Shown piece after piece: positions 39,001-63,065 of a stretch of DNA of 64,000 bases. Below the pieces are notes generated by a model that was not told the DNA's origin, did not search any database, and saw only the letters and a program-made list of their open reading frames with translations. A program made the translations under genes and the position numbers. Positions within the stretch are counted from its first letter, which is position 1. Each line of letters opens with the position of its first letter. The DNA comes from Choristocarpus tenellus KU-1152 (Eukaryota; Protista; Phaeophyceae): NCBI GenBank assembly GCA_964200185.2, contig CAXNAD020000003.1, positions 1 to 64,000 on the forward strand, read 5' to 3'.

Positions 39001-42000
39001 GTGAACCTTGATGCTGGACCTGGTACCTCTTGTTTGAGTTTTTTTTTTGAGGGAGAAACTCAACACCTTGGCCTGTTTATTATTTTCTTCTATCATATTG
39101 AACTTCTTTGCATTCTTCCTCCTATATATTGGTTGAACTTTTGGCATTTTTGTATTGATGTATTTATAATTTATTTTGGCGCTTCTCTTTTCTTTCTACA
39201 ATATTTGGAGTATTATATTTATTCATAGCAATATGTATATACATATCCCTAACCGTAGCCACTTAAAAACGCTCACATAAAGAACACTTATATATATTGC
39301 TATTGAGGTCATTATAGTGATAAGACAGGATATTATAGGTGCATAATGTGTCATCATTATTAATATTACTTCATTTTTCACAACAGTCAGTAGGGTCCCA
39401 GATCTGTGCGTTGTGAAAATGCAGCCTGAAGAAAGCAACACACGCTGGTTGAGAAGTACTCTGAGTTGAACAAGATACATAGAAGAAAGAATGGGAAAAG
39501 TAATGCAAGAAGTCAAACTATACATACATATACATACATATATATGTGAGAAAAAAGAGAGGAGAAAAGTAGAAAGAACCCAAAATGTATCCATTAGGGC
39601 AACAAAGAGGACCGAGGAGAGGTAATGTTACCAGCGCCCACAAGAATTGTGTGATAACATGTCCATCTAAGTAAAGAAATATGATTCATTACATGTGACA
39701 GAAAATAAATTGAATAGAAAAGAAATAGGAGGGGCATATATCAGCTATCCCAACCTCTTTGGATTGCCATTCTGTCAACAACATTGTGTTGCGACTTTTT
39801 TTTTATTTTTTGTGTGTTTTGCAGAACATATATTACTATATATATTATTATCCTTATATATTACTACTTACACTATGTAATAGTATAGGTAAATAGCTGG
39901 AAATAATAAATATATGTGTGTATATTATTATTATGCACACTGACGTGTTGCAGACATTATTGGAGGAGCAGAAAGGAGAGAGCTCAACAAAACACAAGAG
40001 GAATGTAAGGTTTGGAGAAGGAAGATATATACTGGAAATAATACAACAAACCCAACAACAGGAGATGGTCAACATAAACAAGCACCAACCAGAGTACCAA
40101 AGTAATCGAGAGGTATGTATGCAAGGTTGCATTTTAAAGGATGTTGAGAAGAGGCACAAGACACCATTTTGTACTTCACTGAAGTGTGGTGTCACTGTGT
40201 GTGGAAAGGGGGAATATCAATTTTGTGTACACTATTGTGGATATGAAGCAATGAATAGGGTGCTTTGCACAGTGGAGCAAGATGGCTTTGATTGCAAAAA
40301 GACCCAAACCTGCTTACCTCTCTACTAGATTGGGTGAGAGTTATATCGTCGAGTTAGTTGTATTACATGTAAAAAAAAGAAAAGAAACAACTAAAGCAAC
40401 TTCTTGACTGACACCATGAATGACACAGACAAGTGTCAAGGGAAGAATCCCACGAATCAGTTAAGCCTCTCCTACCACATTGACCTGGGTGTCCAGTTTG
40501 AAATGAGTCATAGTAAACTAAAGTATATGAAAGGTACCCAGTTTTTGTCCGTTATGCATTTTACACCGTCTTTTTGTTTTTTTAAATTTATCCATACTTA
40601 TATTTCTATTGACAAGGTGCAAAGAATGACTTGAGAGCGTTGATTTCTCTATTGATCAATACTTTTTTACAGAATTAATAAAATAAATAACCTACACGCA
40701 TTTGTAAAAAAAAACGAATTTGCACATAATTGTTAGCATCCTTCAAATACAACTCTGGATACCTCTGGGTTACATTAGCTCAACAGAAGACCCATCCAGA
40801 GAATGCCAGTTGAGCACTGACACGATCTGTGACAGGTGTGTCTTCACTTCTCCCTTCCTACTGAAACCCAAATACCTTGAGTGCCTCTTTGTATACTTTG
40901 TTTATTGCACTATGCAATATCATCTCCAGTATTATTTGACTATTTGTAAATAGATATCATGTTTGAAGTTTGCTACAAAATAGTCAAATACTGAATAAAC
41001 TTTAGATCAACAGAAATTAGCCTGGGTTGTGGTTTGAAGAACATACAATTTTTGAAAGGGTCAGCCTTGGAAAAACAGTTTTTGTTAGGATAGACCCAAC
41101 CAAAAAAAAAGGACAGGACAGGGCTGTTGACCAGTCTGGGTGATGGATATTTTGACAGGGCTGGGCTGGGTGTTCCTAAATTGTGGTGAGATAGAGCTGC
41201 AGACCATTTGAGGTTACAGGTTAATGTTGGTACAGTGTTACCCCTAACACACTACTTGACAATGTGCACATAGGGCAGGTCAGATACACTCTTGAACACC
41301 TATTCTGACAAGCAGTTGGAGGACAACCAATGATGAAGTGAGTGAGATCACCTGCGTGCATTCCTCTGGTATATAGGTATTGGTTGTTTTATGGTCTTGT
41401 AGTTTTGTGGTCCTTGACTGACTCACAAACTGCAAAATAAAAACTAACACTTCTTGGTGCCACAAAATGCCTCCTACCCACACAACTTGGACACTCACAC
41501 AGGATTCCACCCAGCCAGGCTTACCTTACCAACTCCATATCCCAGACCATTGGGTCTAGTCCAGATTACTCCTGGTTCTTCCTCAACTAGAGACCTAAAG
41601 CACACTGGACCCAACTTGGAAATTCTAATAGGAGGATAAAAAATTGTTTGTGGGTTGTCCTCAAATTCTGTGTTGAACTATCTAAAACCCCCCCAACCAA
41701 ACTCGCCATATTCTACTTCAGATTACACACCACACATCAGCTACATGCCACACCAAGGGGGATACTACAAATAACACAAACACAGTAAAAGTTTGTACCA
41801 ACTGTATAACTGTATACATAGAATTACCTTGGATATGCAGACTTCAATATGTTGGACTCAGTATCCCAAGTTCACATGAGATGTTGATCATGAGGATGGT
41901 GAATCAGAAAACATCTAGTACAGAGTGAATCAGACAACATCTAGTAAATAATGTCATTCGGTTCAACCACTGATACTTCCACAAAGTGTCAATGCTTTAC

Positions 42001-42020
42001 ATGTCAGCTCCTCTATACAG

Positions 42021-44990
42021 TCACTCCCCCCTCTTTAAGTCTGTTGAGGTGCAAGCCTCAAGCTTCAGTTGCATGGCATCCACACCAAGTTTCCTCGTGG
42101 TCTTTACATTCTTTTGCCACACTACAGCTGGATCTTCAATCTCACGGACTGCCTTTTCTACCTGTCATTACGCAAACCATCATGAACATGAGTGTAATTA
42201 TCCAAAACGTCATCAATAGGAGTGTACCAGTTTGTGCCAGAGACAGTATGTGCAGTTGGTGCATAGAGGAAGAAGACAGATTCCCCCACTCGACCAGGTT
42301 TTATATTGTCATATCGTGCATCTTTCATCAGTTCACACTATATAGAAACTTCATTGGAATGCTCAATCTGTTGCACATATTGCTTTGTTAATAATAATAA
42401 TAATAATAATATTTCATAATTGAAAAAAACTCAATCTTTGAATATTTTACTGCAGTAATAGAAGAGTCATTAACAAATTTAACCTATTGAACAACCCCCA
42501 TTTCATAGGGGCGTCATCAAATTTCAGTTGTGTCTAACAGATTCTGTTCAAGAAATACCTTACTTTTCAAACCTGATAGATATCAGACATTTTTTATGAC
42601 ATTTGATCTCGAAACATAAAATAGAACCCCAAAAAACTAAATTGTCGTGGTAAGACTTCATTGCAACCACGTGAGTACTATTACACAAGAATTGAGGGAG
42701 AGGTAGAGTGATGTGTGGAGCAATGGCTCACCTCAGCATGTGAGAAAAATGCAAGGCATGTAATGGGCAGTTTAATCAATTGCAATGCATGTAATGGGCA
42801 GTTTAATCAATTGCAATGCAACAGTTAGCTCATAATTCAGACCAGTTAATGAGTAGTGAAGTAGTGCATTGGGTAGTGGCTCTGACGATGGGTCAAGCTA
42901 GGTTCCTAGTCCCAGACCAAGGTACTACTTGTGAAGTGCATTCTTAAGAGGCAATGTCATTTTGCAGATTATACTGGGCATTGGATTGTGATGTAGGTTG
43001 GTCCAACTATGGTTTAAGATCCTTGAGGCAATATGTGGTAGGAGCAAGCATCAAAATGACTGATAGTTGTAGGTGCTAAGCTAAAGATGGATGTTGCAAA
43101 GCTAGCAAGGTCTGGGTGTGTCAACATTCAATTAGAATAGTCCAAGTACAAATCAGCACAAGTGTGTAGCATGATGGTGCATAGTGGGGTTGGGGTTGGT
43201 TGATTTCAAGGGGGGTGAGAAGTGACATGTGCCAGCATGGTACTACCACCCATATTTTGTAATGAAAAAATGAACTTGAGTCACACTATTGACAATCTGG
43301 TACAACAACTTAAGAACTGGCATGTGCTCTCGGAAGTGGAGCATAGGATAAAGATTTTCCTAACAAACTTAATCCCTTAGAAACAAATACAGCAACCAGT
43401 AAAGAAGGAAACATCACATAACCATTGCTATGGATGTATTTTGGTGACAGGATCATAGTAGACACAGGCGGGCATGTAGTACACATTTAAATGACCCTTT
43501 AATCAACCTTCAATTGCAGCTGCCATGATGTGTTAACAGCCTGGGTTACCACTGGTCCCAGGTCAGTAGAGAGTACATACACATGCCCCAAACTGGGAAA
43601 AGAGTGCCAGGCACTATTGTACTCCGCTTGCTTGAGCCAACTACCATCTTGTATTGGTCATCACAACCAAGTTCAAAGTAGTTGCTGCGATCCTACTACT
43701 GAGATTACACATGGAGTTCAAATCTGGCAAGCACTTAGCTCTTGTACCTCATGTTGGTGGGAGGGACCTCATACCATGTCTTGGTCACCACATATAAAAG
43801 CATCACAACAAGAACAAAAAAAAAGAGGAGAATGACTTGTACACAAAACAGAATTACATCTCAATGTTTACAATCTCAAACACAAGTCTAGAGATGACAT
43901 ACACTTCAGGTGAGATACATTTGTCAATGACATGCGATTCAGCAATGTTACATATTTGACTCACCTGGTTCTCTAAAAGGAGGTGAAGGGTTGGATATGG
44001 TGAACGGTTGGTGTAGTTCTCCACATCACCCTTTTTAGCTCCCTCAAAGCAGTAAAGGGGATGAAATGTGGCAAGCTGCGGCAGGCAAATGTTAAGGCAT
44101 GACCATGATACAGGGTAAGAGAGGACTGGGGACATGCGGCAGAATGTATGGCAAGCGAGGGACTGAGGACGAAGTGGCGACAAAATACCCACCCTTTTAA
44201 GAACCAGACAGCTCCTCTTTCATGCCCACCTGCACTATTCCTCGTAGTCCCTCCTGGTCAATAAGGTCATCTAACAAGCCGGCTGCATTCAAGTATGCGT
44301 TGAAGTCTTCCAAAAGTGGTGGTCTAGCTACCACTAAAGTTGTGGCATTGCCCGCCGCCTCACCAGTCAGTGTCGCCAGAGAAGATGCCTCCCCCAGGGC
44401 GGCGGAGACAAAGTCTGCGGCATCCGACCCAGGGGGGGTGACCACCACTCTAAGGCGCCCACCAGTAAGCGCCCCTGCAGCCCATGGGCACAAGTTCAGC
44501 CCGACCACCGTTGTCCGCACCCACCGTAAAGTATCAATGGCTAGAGGGTCTATTCTAGTTCCCAATTTATCCTCGGATCCAGTAGCGTCCTGCTACTTGC
44601 CAACGGGGGTGTGTCAGGGCCGAATGTCAGACCAAGGATTTGGCATTTTGTCATGAGGAGTGCAATGACCTCTTTGACATTCTTCCTCGGGACTTCACCT
44701 ATCAGTGAGGAACAACTGAAAAAAGAATACACAGGATGTTGCTTATCAAACGCCGTGCACAGAGAAATGTTTAGTTTAGCATACTCATAGGAATAGCCTA
44801 CCTCAAGGTTGCACCCCAGTCGAGAAAATCGGGGGCGTTTCATTCCATTTCTCTTTGTACTACCATGCCTGACGGGAAAAAAAGTCGGAGAAGAACATGA
44901 CACCAGCTTCGAAAGCGATGCTTTAGACAAATAGGAACCAGGGCGGCCTCCCATCAGAAGGGCCATGGCTGTAACCACGAGCTTCAGCAT
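42021..44990 (-). CDS. DUF1415 family protein with N-terminal targeting-like extension (~266 aa, 4 exons)
   Basis: Exons 44990-44802, 44589(or 44592)-44230, 44075-43965 and 42161-42021. Motifs: WVRTTVVGLNLCPWA, VQ|LATFHPLYCFEG, ENYTNRSPYPTLHLL, VEKAV...VWQKNVKTTRKLG. The exon 1-2 join is the least certain part. Confidence 0.85.
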
Positions 44991-45267
44991 TCATCACCCA
45001 ATGTAGAGACTTCTCCGTTCAAACTTTTCAAACGCTTTTGCCACAAACTATATGCAAGAACTCGTACGCGACGACAAAAACAAAACTGATAGCCAAGATT
45101 AGGGCTGAACTTCTACCCTACTACTCTAGTGCACAGCAAGTGAGTTTCTAAAATTTGGTTGAACATCGCCTCAACGACATATCTACCTTTGAGGGTTAGG
45201 GATTGGAGAGATTTTCAAAATTCCAAATCCCATCAACAAATTGTCCATGTTTTAAGGGGTGGGCGGG
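44991..45267. promoter_or_regulatory. Putative bidirectional promoter / 5' UTRs (DUF1415 <- -> phosducin-like)
   Basis: 277 bp between divergent start codons. Contains GAGGGTTAGGG (telo-box-like) at about 45191-45201. Confidence 0.6.
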
Positions 45268-48145
45268 ATGACATATTCCTGTTCGGGTGTGGAGGAGGAA
45301 CGAATGAACCCGCAGATAACCTTAGCAACAAGACATAAATGTGGCTCCAGTTGTAGTCACCATCATGTCCATGACGAGTTTGATGAATTGGATGCAAACG
45401 ACATGGATCCCTGTTGTCAGAGGGAAATACTTCAAAGACGGAAGTGAGACAACGATGCCCACCTGAAGGTTGTAGCAATGTTCACGAGCATATCGAAGAT
45501 TTCTGAACACATCTTCAATGTGGAATGGGGGCTGTACATAGTGATGTCAAGCGTAGCTTTTTGGTTGGCAAACGTCGTGTCTGAGGGAGACATTGTGGAT
45601 AGTTGAATCCCTACATGATAGCGAATAGTTCTGATGGTATGCAATGGGAGGAGGATCCCGTAATAAGTATGGCTATGAAAGATATAATCTCTCATACTTC
45701 CTCCTCTTATCTTCCCTAGGATGACCAAGATTACGTCGGAGCTGAACGCGCGGGATCCCACTCAGATTGCCGTTCGCCGTAGGTTAGATGTTGTATCTGG
45801 TGCATTGACACGGGTAGAACTGCCCGCATGCTACAATGTTGACTACCCTGCACTTGCTGAGGCCAGAGGTGTGCACGAGCTATTATGTGATGGACCTTTC
45901 AGTATTTTGTGATAGTCGTTCTCCTATGCACGACCACGCCAGATATGAAGGGAAAATCGTTAGAACTTGTCGTCAGTCAAGTGCCCAAAGAGAAATGATA
46001 CGGGGCTATCGATTGCTAGGTGATATTGAAATATTTCTTCCTCTGCATAATCTTCCGAGACCTCTTGCACAACCTAACCTCGCACCCGAGGGTAAGATTC
46101 ACTGTAAGTGTAACGATCACCATGATATACCCCTTCTTGATTGCTGCTTGACGTCCGTTTTCCGACTTTTTCCTTGGGCAGATGCGTGGACGAGGCAAGG
46201 GGAGTTGGGAGTACGGCCTGGAAATGTAGGGGTTGGGTGGCAAGGGGCTCATGATCAGGCGAGGGATACAGAAGAGGAGAGTGAAGAAGATGACATGGAC
46301 TACCTACTGGATGATCAAGACGACCCTGGTATGTGTTGTTTTCCCACTTGAACCTTCCTATTGTTGATACTAGTTCTGATTTACAGGTTAATGTCTTAGA
46401 AAGCCCCAAACTCTCCTCGCCAGCACTACTGACCTATTTATTTATGGCCTTTCCTCGATGCTCCCCACTTCAGAGTTGCGTCGCCTAGAGCAGGTTCGCC
46501 TAGTTACCATGCAAGAACAGTCTGTCCGCGCTGCCATGCTAAGGACTCTTGGCTATGGTGTGCACAGGGAAGTCTCACCTTTGCAGGTGGAGAAGGAGCT
46601 AGGAGGAGGGCTTGAGGGGGGTGGCTTGGTATGCCATTTCTATCACCCTCACTTCTTATTGGGACCGGAACTGGATCTGTACCTTGAGAATTTTTCTTCC
46701 AAGTATTTGGGAACCAGGTCAGTTAAACCTTGGATGTCTAGGATGTAGGGGCCTGTATACCTGCTTCCAAAATATTCATTTATCAAGGGTGATTATTATC
46801 TGCTTAGTCTTCATGGTTGTCTTTTAGATAGAAAAAATAAGTCATTTCCAACTTCTCTGGGGGAAGAGGCAATATCCTGAACTAAAGCTTGGCTCATCGT
46901 TTTACTTGATTTTTTTTGTTTTATTTGTTTCACTTATTTTCTGACACAAAATGCCACATATACTACACAACTTTTTTTTCCAGGCACCCACCCTGACGCA
47001 GAGAGTCATATCTTTCTTTCTTTTTTTGACGTTCACCTTCAGGTTTATTCGCTGCTTTGTGCAACCAGACTCTGAAAGTGCTCGAAGAATACATGTTCAG
47101 CAAGTGCCAGCTTTGGCCTGCTACAAGGTGTGCTGAAGAGGGGGTGTATCTCAAAACTTGAGGAATGCCAATATCTTCAATCAGTCCCCCTACTGTGGAC
47201 CCATCTTGCAATTACTGTATAGTGTATCTGCAAATCTGTCCTACACTATTTTGTCCTTTACCTGCCAACAGGGGGGTATGAGGATGGCCTACACTGAGGA
47301 AATGGGACAGTTTGGACACGGGAAAGTGTTGGAGCCTTTGGCAGTTAACAGATGGCTGGAGGAATCTGGTGTACTTCAGACAACAGCATGTGATGACCTT
47401 GACATTTTGCTGGGGAAAGAGGTGAGGGGAGGGAGGTTCCTGCTGGATATGGTACCAGTGCTTTTTCCCCCTAGTGATACTTGTAACTGTATTGTGGGGA
47501 GATTGAAGTGGGCGACTTGGCATCAGGCTAAAACTGTTTGACAGAGTAGGTGTCAACCAAAAAGTAGATGTGTCCTGTACCATCTGATATTTTCATGCTT
47601 TATTTTGGCGAACCTTTTTCCTACATTAAGATCATTTTTGCTGCAAATCCATTGATCTCTACAAATTAAAAAACATACGAGAAATGGGAATTTGGATAGG
47701 ATTTTAAATGTTCCTTTCAGCATAGGCCTGGATCATGTTTTAAAGCTTCAATATCATCCATTAAGTAACACATAAAAGTTACTGTACTTGGTACGACAGT
47801 AGTGTGTCTACTGCTCAGTAAGATGTCGCAGGGAAGTGATATCTTTTTGCAGAGTAAGAACCACCCCTAACAGTGAATATACCCAAGATATGATACAATG
47901 AAATACAAATGAACTCTTTCCTGATGAGGCAGGAGGGCATCAGCAATGACAGAGGGGAGAGCAGAGATGGATCTGAAAGCAGAGATGGAGTTGGTGCAGA
48001 CCAATGGACTGGCAGGGGAACTAGGGAAGCATATGACTGTGGACTTGAGGGTTGTTGCAAGCCATATGCACATGACCACTTCTTGTCTTCTGGGGAGGGG
48101 TCGCTCCCTGGAGAGTTCCATTTCAGAGGCCTGGATAGGCCCTAA
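45268..48145 (+). CDS. Phosducin-like / thioredoxin-fold protein (~387 aa, 7 exons)
   Basis: Exons 45268-45443, 45720-45868, 46182-46328, 46474-46717, 47043-47127, 47272-47421 and 47933-48145 (1164 nt). It has an acidic helix region (DDMDYLLDDQDDPELRRLEQVRL), GYGVHREV, LVCHFYHP, KYLGTR|FIRC, VPALACYK|GG and WLEESGVL, typical of the phosducin/TXNDC9-like family. Confidence 0.8.
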
Positions 48146-49018
48146 CAGTTACTAGTTTTGGAGGGGAGTGGGCGGTTGGAGCATACAAGACAAGGCAGGA
48201 CTAAAAGCTTATGTCTTCGTTGCCTAAGGTAGAGGGGTTCATGCACAAATATTACAAGAAGTATGTACTCAGTAATATGCTATCTTGGTGTTCCCAAAGC
48301 ATGACATGAAACACAAAAGAACATATGTAAGGAGTACAAATGTCCTACTATCGCTTCATACCAAGTATTTGATGGTAAAGGTGATAAATCCTCGGTATCT
48401 TATGGGCTGTAGTCATACGAATTCCAGCAAGCAACTCCATGGCGCTTGAAAATCAAGCACACCATTTCATGAAATACCAGAAAATGTGAATGTTTTCAGG
48501 TCATGCTCACACTAAAAGAGTCATGTAGAGCTAATGCTAAAGTGTGTCTGATTGCTCCTGACATTATGTATGTGGGAGCCTGTAAGGACTGTGGATTAGG
48601 ATTTGTTTGCAACACTTTTCCTTGAAACATGTGTGCTAGTCCGTATCTCCTTAGAGGTCTGCAATACTGCTCTCAATCAGTATCTTCATGAATACCCACA
48701 TCAACTCTCGTCGAGTGCTTCTATTGTCTTTGCTAGCGAGACATTATTTTCTATGCTTGATATCAACAGTATAAATACACCAGAATGATCTAGTTTGATT
48801 TTGCAACAAATCTTTGAAGGTAGGCTTGGGTGGTTGGGCTGCTCAGCAAAAAGTGCACCACAACAGGACAGTGGATTATCTTGTGTAAATGACATACAGT
48901 AACTAATTCCTCACGAAGATGCACAGTCAAATCATGTAGCTGATTTTTTTTTCCTAATCCGCTTCAACATATCCAAAGCTTTTCCAGTTCTTCTATGTCA
49001 ACGCATTTAAATGAACAG

Positions 49019-51863
49019 TCAAGAATAGCGCAGCATTGTGTCTTCCAAGAATCTTACAAGGTTTCGATCCTTGAATTCCTCTGGAATAAGAAGTAGGGGA
49101 CCTCTAGTGTGAGCCTGTACCTCATATGTGGCTGTCTTCGCCCTCAGCACCAAAATCAAGCAGCCCCATATGCCCTGGTATAACACAGGAGGCACATTAT
49201 ACACAAAATTTGAAAAGAACCATTAAAAGATGGGTGCGTAGGGATGTCCTTCATAAATGAGATTTGTGTTGAACTGGGTCTGTGGTTCCCCCAGTGGGTC
49301 TTCAACAACCAAATGGTAATGTTGTACAGACCTCTATGCGAGGTAACCTCCACCTACCCAGCTCAGAATTTCAAATGCTGGAGAAGACATTCTGAAAAAA
49401 CATCAGCAGAATATGTTCAGAAGCAGGCAATTGAGTTACAATGACATATATCCATACTGTCCCCTTCATCAAAAAGTGATTGGAGCATCCAATGAGGTGG
49501 TCTAGATGATGCCTTTTGTATGCAGTCGGAAAATCTGACTTGCTGTGCAATGATTTAGGGTCTACATTCAAGTACTGTTCTCAATATGGCTGTTGGGTCG
49601 CCTTTGCTCAAAGTGGTATGACCTGTCTTGTCCCTTTCATGGGTGAACTTTTGAGGTTTTATTTAAAGTGGGAGGGAATCGCAATGGTTATGATCATATT
49701 AAAATGACAGGAAATATCAAACAAGACAAGTATCCATATATCAATTGACCCTTGCAGTGCAGAGATATTTGTACTGTGTCACTCTCAGTAATAAGAGTAG
49801 CATGGGTTCAGTACCTGATCATCTAGTTCCAGACGTTCAAAATTGCGCTCAAGGACATCATGCAAGCGCCTAAGGGCAGAAGCCTCCCGGACAATGGGAA
49901 CACCTGCAAATTGTACCCGTCCACTTCTCAGCAGGTCATCCACCTGGGAATGTAGGAAGAGGAGGGATGGAGTGGACACTTGTTACAAGCTATTGGTATC
50001 AAGTGGGGATGATGTATGATCAACGGTGCCCTGAGTTACTCAGTTCTATTGTTGATGCTCCTCAAATTGAAGCTACTGGTGAGCTTGTAATGCAGCAAAC
50101 CATTTTTGATTGTTGATTATTGACATCTGCCCTAGAACAGAACAAGATGTAGATCGATTATAGGTCTATTGAGCCTAGTAATATGCTTGGCAATTAAAAA
50201 ACCTCTCTCAATATATGGCACATCTGAGTGGAAAAACCTCAGTGAGTTAACTGTATGTTACTGACAAAGATCAAACAAACCTGCTTCAACCTATTTCTAG
50301 CCTGTTGATCCAATGCTGCATGTTCTTTTCCGAGATTAAACCCTCCCTGCCCTCTTGTTGCCCTGGATCTCAGCCTTCCAAAGATCCCTGGATCTCCCCT
50401 TGAGGGCATTGGTTTTGCTATGTGTTCTCCAGAATGTTCCAATACCAAGTTTTCCAGTTCTTCTGGAGTTCGGAAGGTGTCATCAGGTTGAGACTGCTCT
50501 GAAGCTCTATGAGACAGTTGCATAGTTGGTGTACAAGGATCAGCAAATGAATATGAACGAGAGGGAAGGGTAGCACACAAAATTAGATATTGATTGTGAC
50601 AGTAATGCCTGTAAAATCAAGCTTTGCCTGTCCATGTACACCGCATGCAATACATGCATCGAATATCTTGTCCCCTTATCCCAATGGGGTTTTCATTGCT
50701 AGTTCTTCGTGTATGAAGATCTCAAATTGATGGTATTCCAAACATGCAGTGCCGTCGCCTATCCCCAACATTACCTTTCCATCCTCAGGCCGTCCCTTGG
50801 TGGCGCCTTCCGAAATACTCTCTTCCTGTTTTGCCCTCGTCCTGTCTCAGTCTCAAATTCAGCAGAACCCGTGCCCCAGATGTCCTCCACGTCCTTCTCT
50901 ATCCCGCTTCTTGTTGTCCCCCTTTCACCTGGGACCATTGCAAGCAGTCTTCCTAACTGGCGTTCGAGATGCACCTTAATTACGACAGGGTTGCGCATAT
51001 CTAACAGAGAAGGAGGAAAGGTGAGCACCACGTGCAGCTTCACTAGATCGCGCCCAACATTCGCCACATTTGCCACTGTTTCACTCTCTCTGTTACCCCT
51101 CGTACCCATGACGTCCCCATCAACTGATTGCCTCTGATTAGTGTAGTCCATTGACTGCTTGCTATCGGAGCTTGTACCTGTCCTTGTGACAGATGGCTGA
51201 TGGTAGAAGGTGAAGGAGTAATGTGTGTCTAGGTTCGGCAACACAAACCCTTGGGTTGTTCCACGCACCTCTAGAGCTTCCAAGGCATCGATAAGGGTGT
51301 TGATGTCCTGAAATAAGCGGAATGGGAGAAAGCGATCATATTTCATATTTGTTCCACCCTTCATCCGCACTCTAATCTGCTTTGTACTATCCTTTCAAGT
51401 TCTATAGTCCCTGAGTCCCCGATGCCCGAATTCGTTCAAGGCAGAAGACCAACAGCTTGCTAGGAAATGGTCAAAGGCAGTGGCTACTGTGCGTATAGTG
51501 GATTCAACAGCATCACGGAAACTTGAAACTTTGAATATATGACAGTTTCGTCTTGGTCTGACTCCCAAGTGGATGGGAACGCCTTACCTTCAATGATGTC
51601 TGGTTGGCATGTCGTATTTCTGGCGAGTGTTGGGCAAAGAGGTCGGGATGGATCATCTTGATCAGAGGCACCATCCTTTTGCGCATATGAGCACCCCCAC
51701 TCACGTCTCTAGACGAAAGCGTGCGTGCAGATGTAGAGCCTGGCGTATGGTGGAATGAAATGAGTTGAGGGAGTAGAGAACCTGGAGGGAAGGTCCACCG
51801 TACATATCTTGAGCACCTCAATTGGCCTAAGGGCTGGGTAAGCCTTCCAACGAGAAGTTCCAT
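49019..51863 (-). CDS. DUF4460-domain (TCAIM-like) protein, probably mitochondrial (~439 aa, 5 exons)
   Basis: Exons 51863-51588, 51307-50775, 50506-50281, 49943-49815 and 49174-49019 are phase-consistent GT-AG (1320 nt). The J-domain-like DUF4460 signature is IKMIHPDLFAQHSPEIRHANQTSLK|DIN. The N-terminus is Arg/Ser/Leu-rich and acid-poor. Confidence 0.75.
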
Positions 51864-52298
51864 GGCAACTACTGGAATTGAGCGCGAAGGCTCCCCTACA
51901 CTGAGTCGAGAGAGGCCCCCTTTCTCACTGTTTAATACAAACCTTCTTTCACTCGAACTGTTTGTGATGCTTGCTATTATTGTAACTCTAATAATGTTTT
52001 GTTGAGGTTTTGAAGTTTCAAAAATGTGACTTCATTTGAACGTTTTTAGAGACGTTCTATTGTAGTAATTGTCCTAGTATAGACACAATCATAAGTGTGA
52101 GTTGGAGGAGTTGACCAACAAACTCTCGACTAGCGAGAATGGAAGTAACATAGAGAAAGGATTGGTTCTTTCTCTGAGTCTCAATCTATTTGTGTAGGTG
52201 AATAAGAGGAGGAGGATCGCCTGTTATCGGAAGAGGGATAAGCCTGAGAGCAAAAAGCAAGGACATTTCTGTGAAAACCACCCCGTGCAAGGAGGCAA
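51864..52298. promoter_or_regulatory. Putative bidirectional promoter / 5' UTRs (TCAIM-like <- -> DHX16)
   Basis: 435 bp between divergent start codons. Confidence 0.6.

Positions 52299-63065
<10,767 letters not shown>

Noticed and set aside
42840-42930. tRNA/SINE-like B-box motif (GGTTCCTAGTCCC)
   Set aside because: No cloverleaf, no convincing A box and no second copy in the window.
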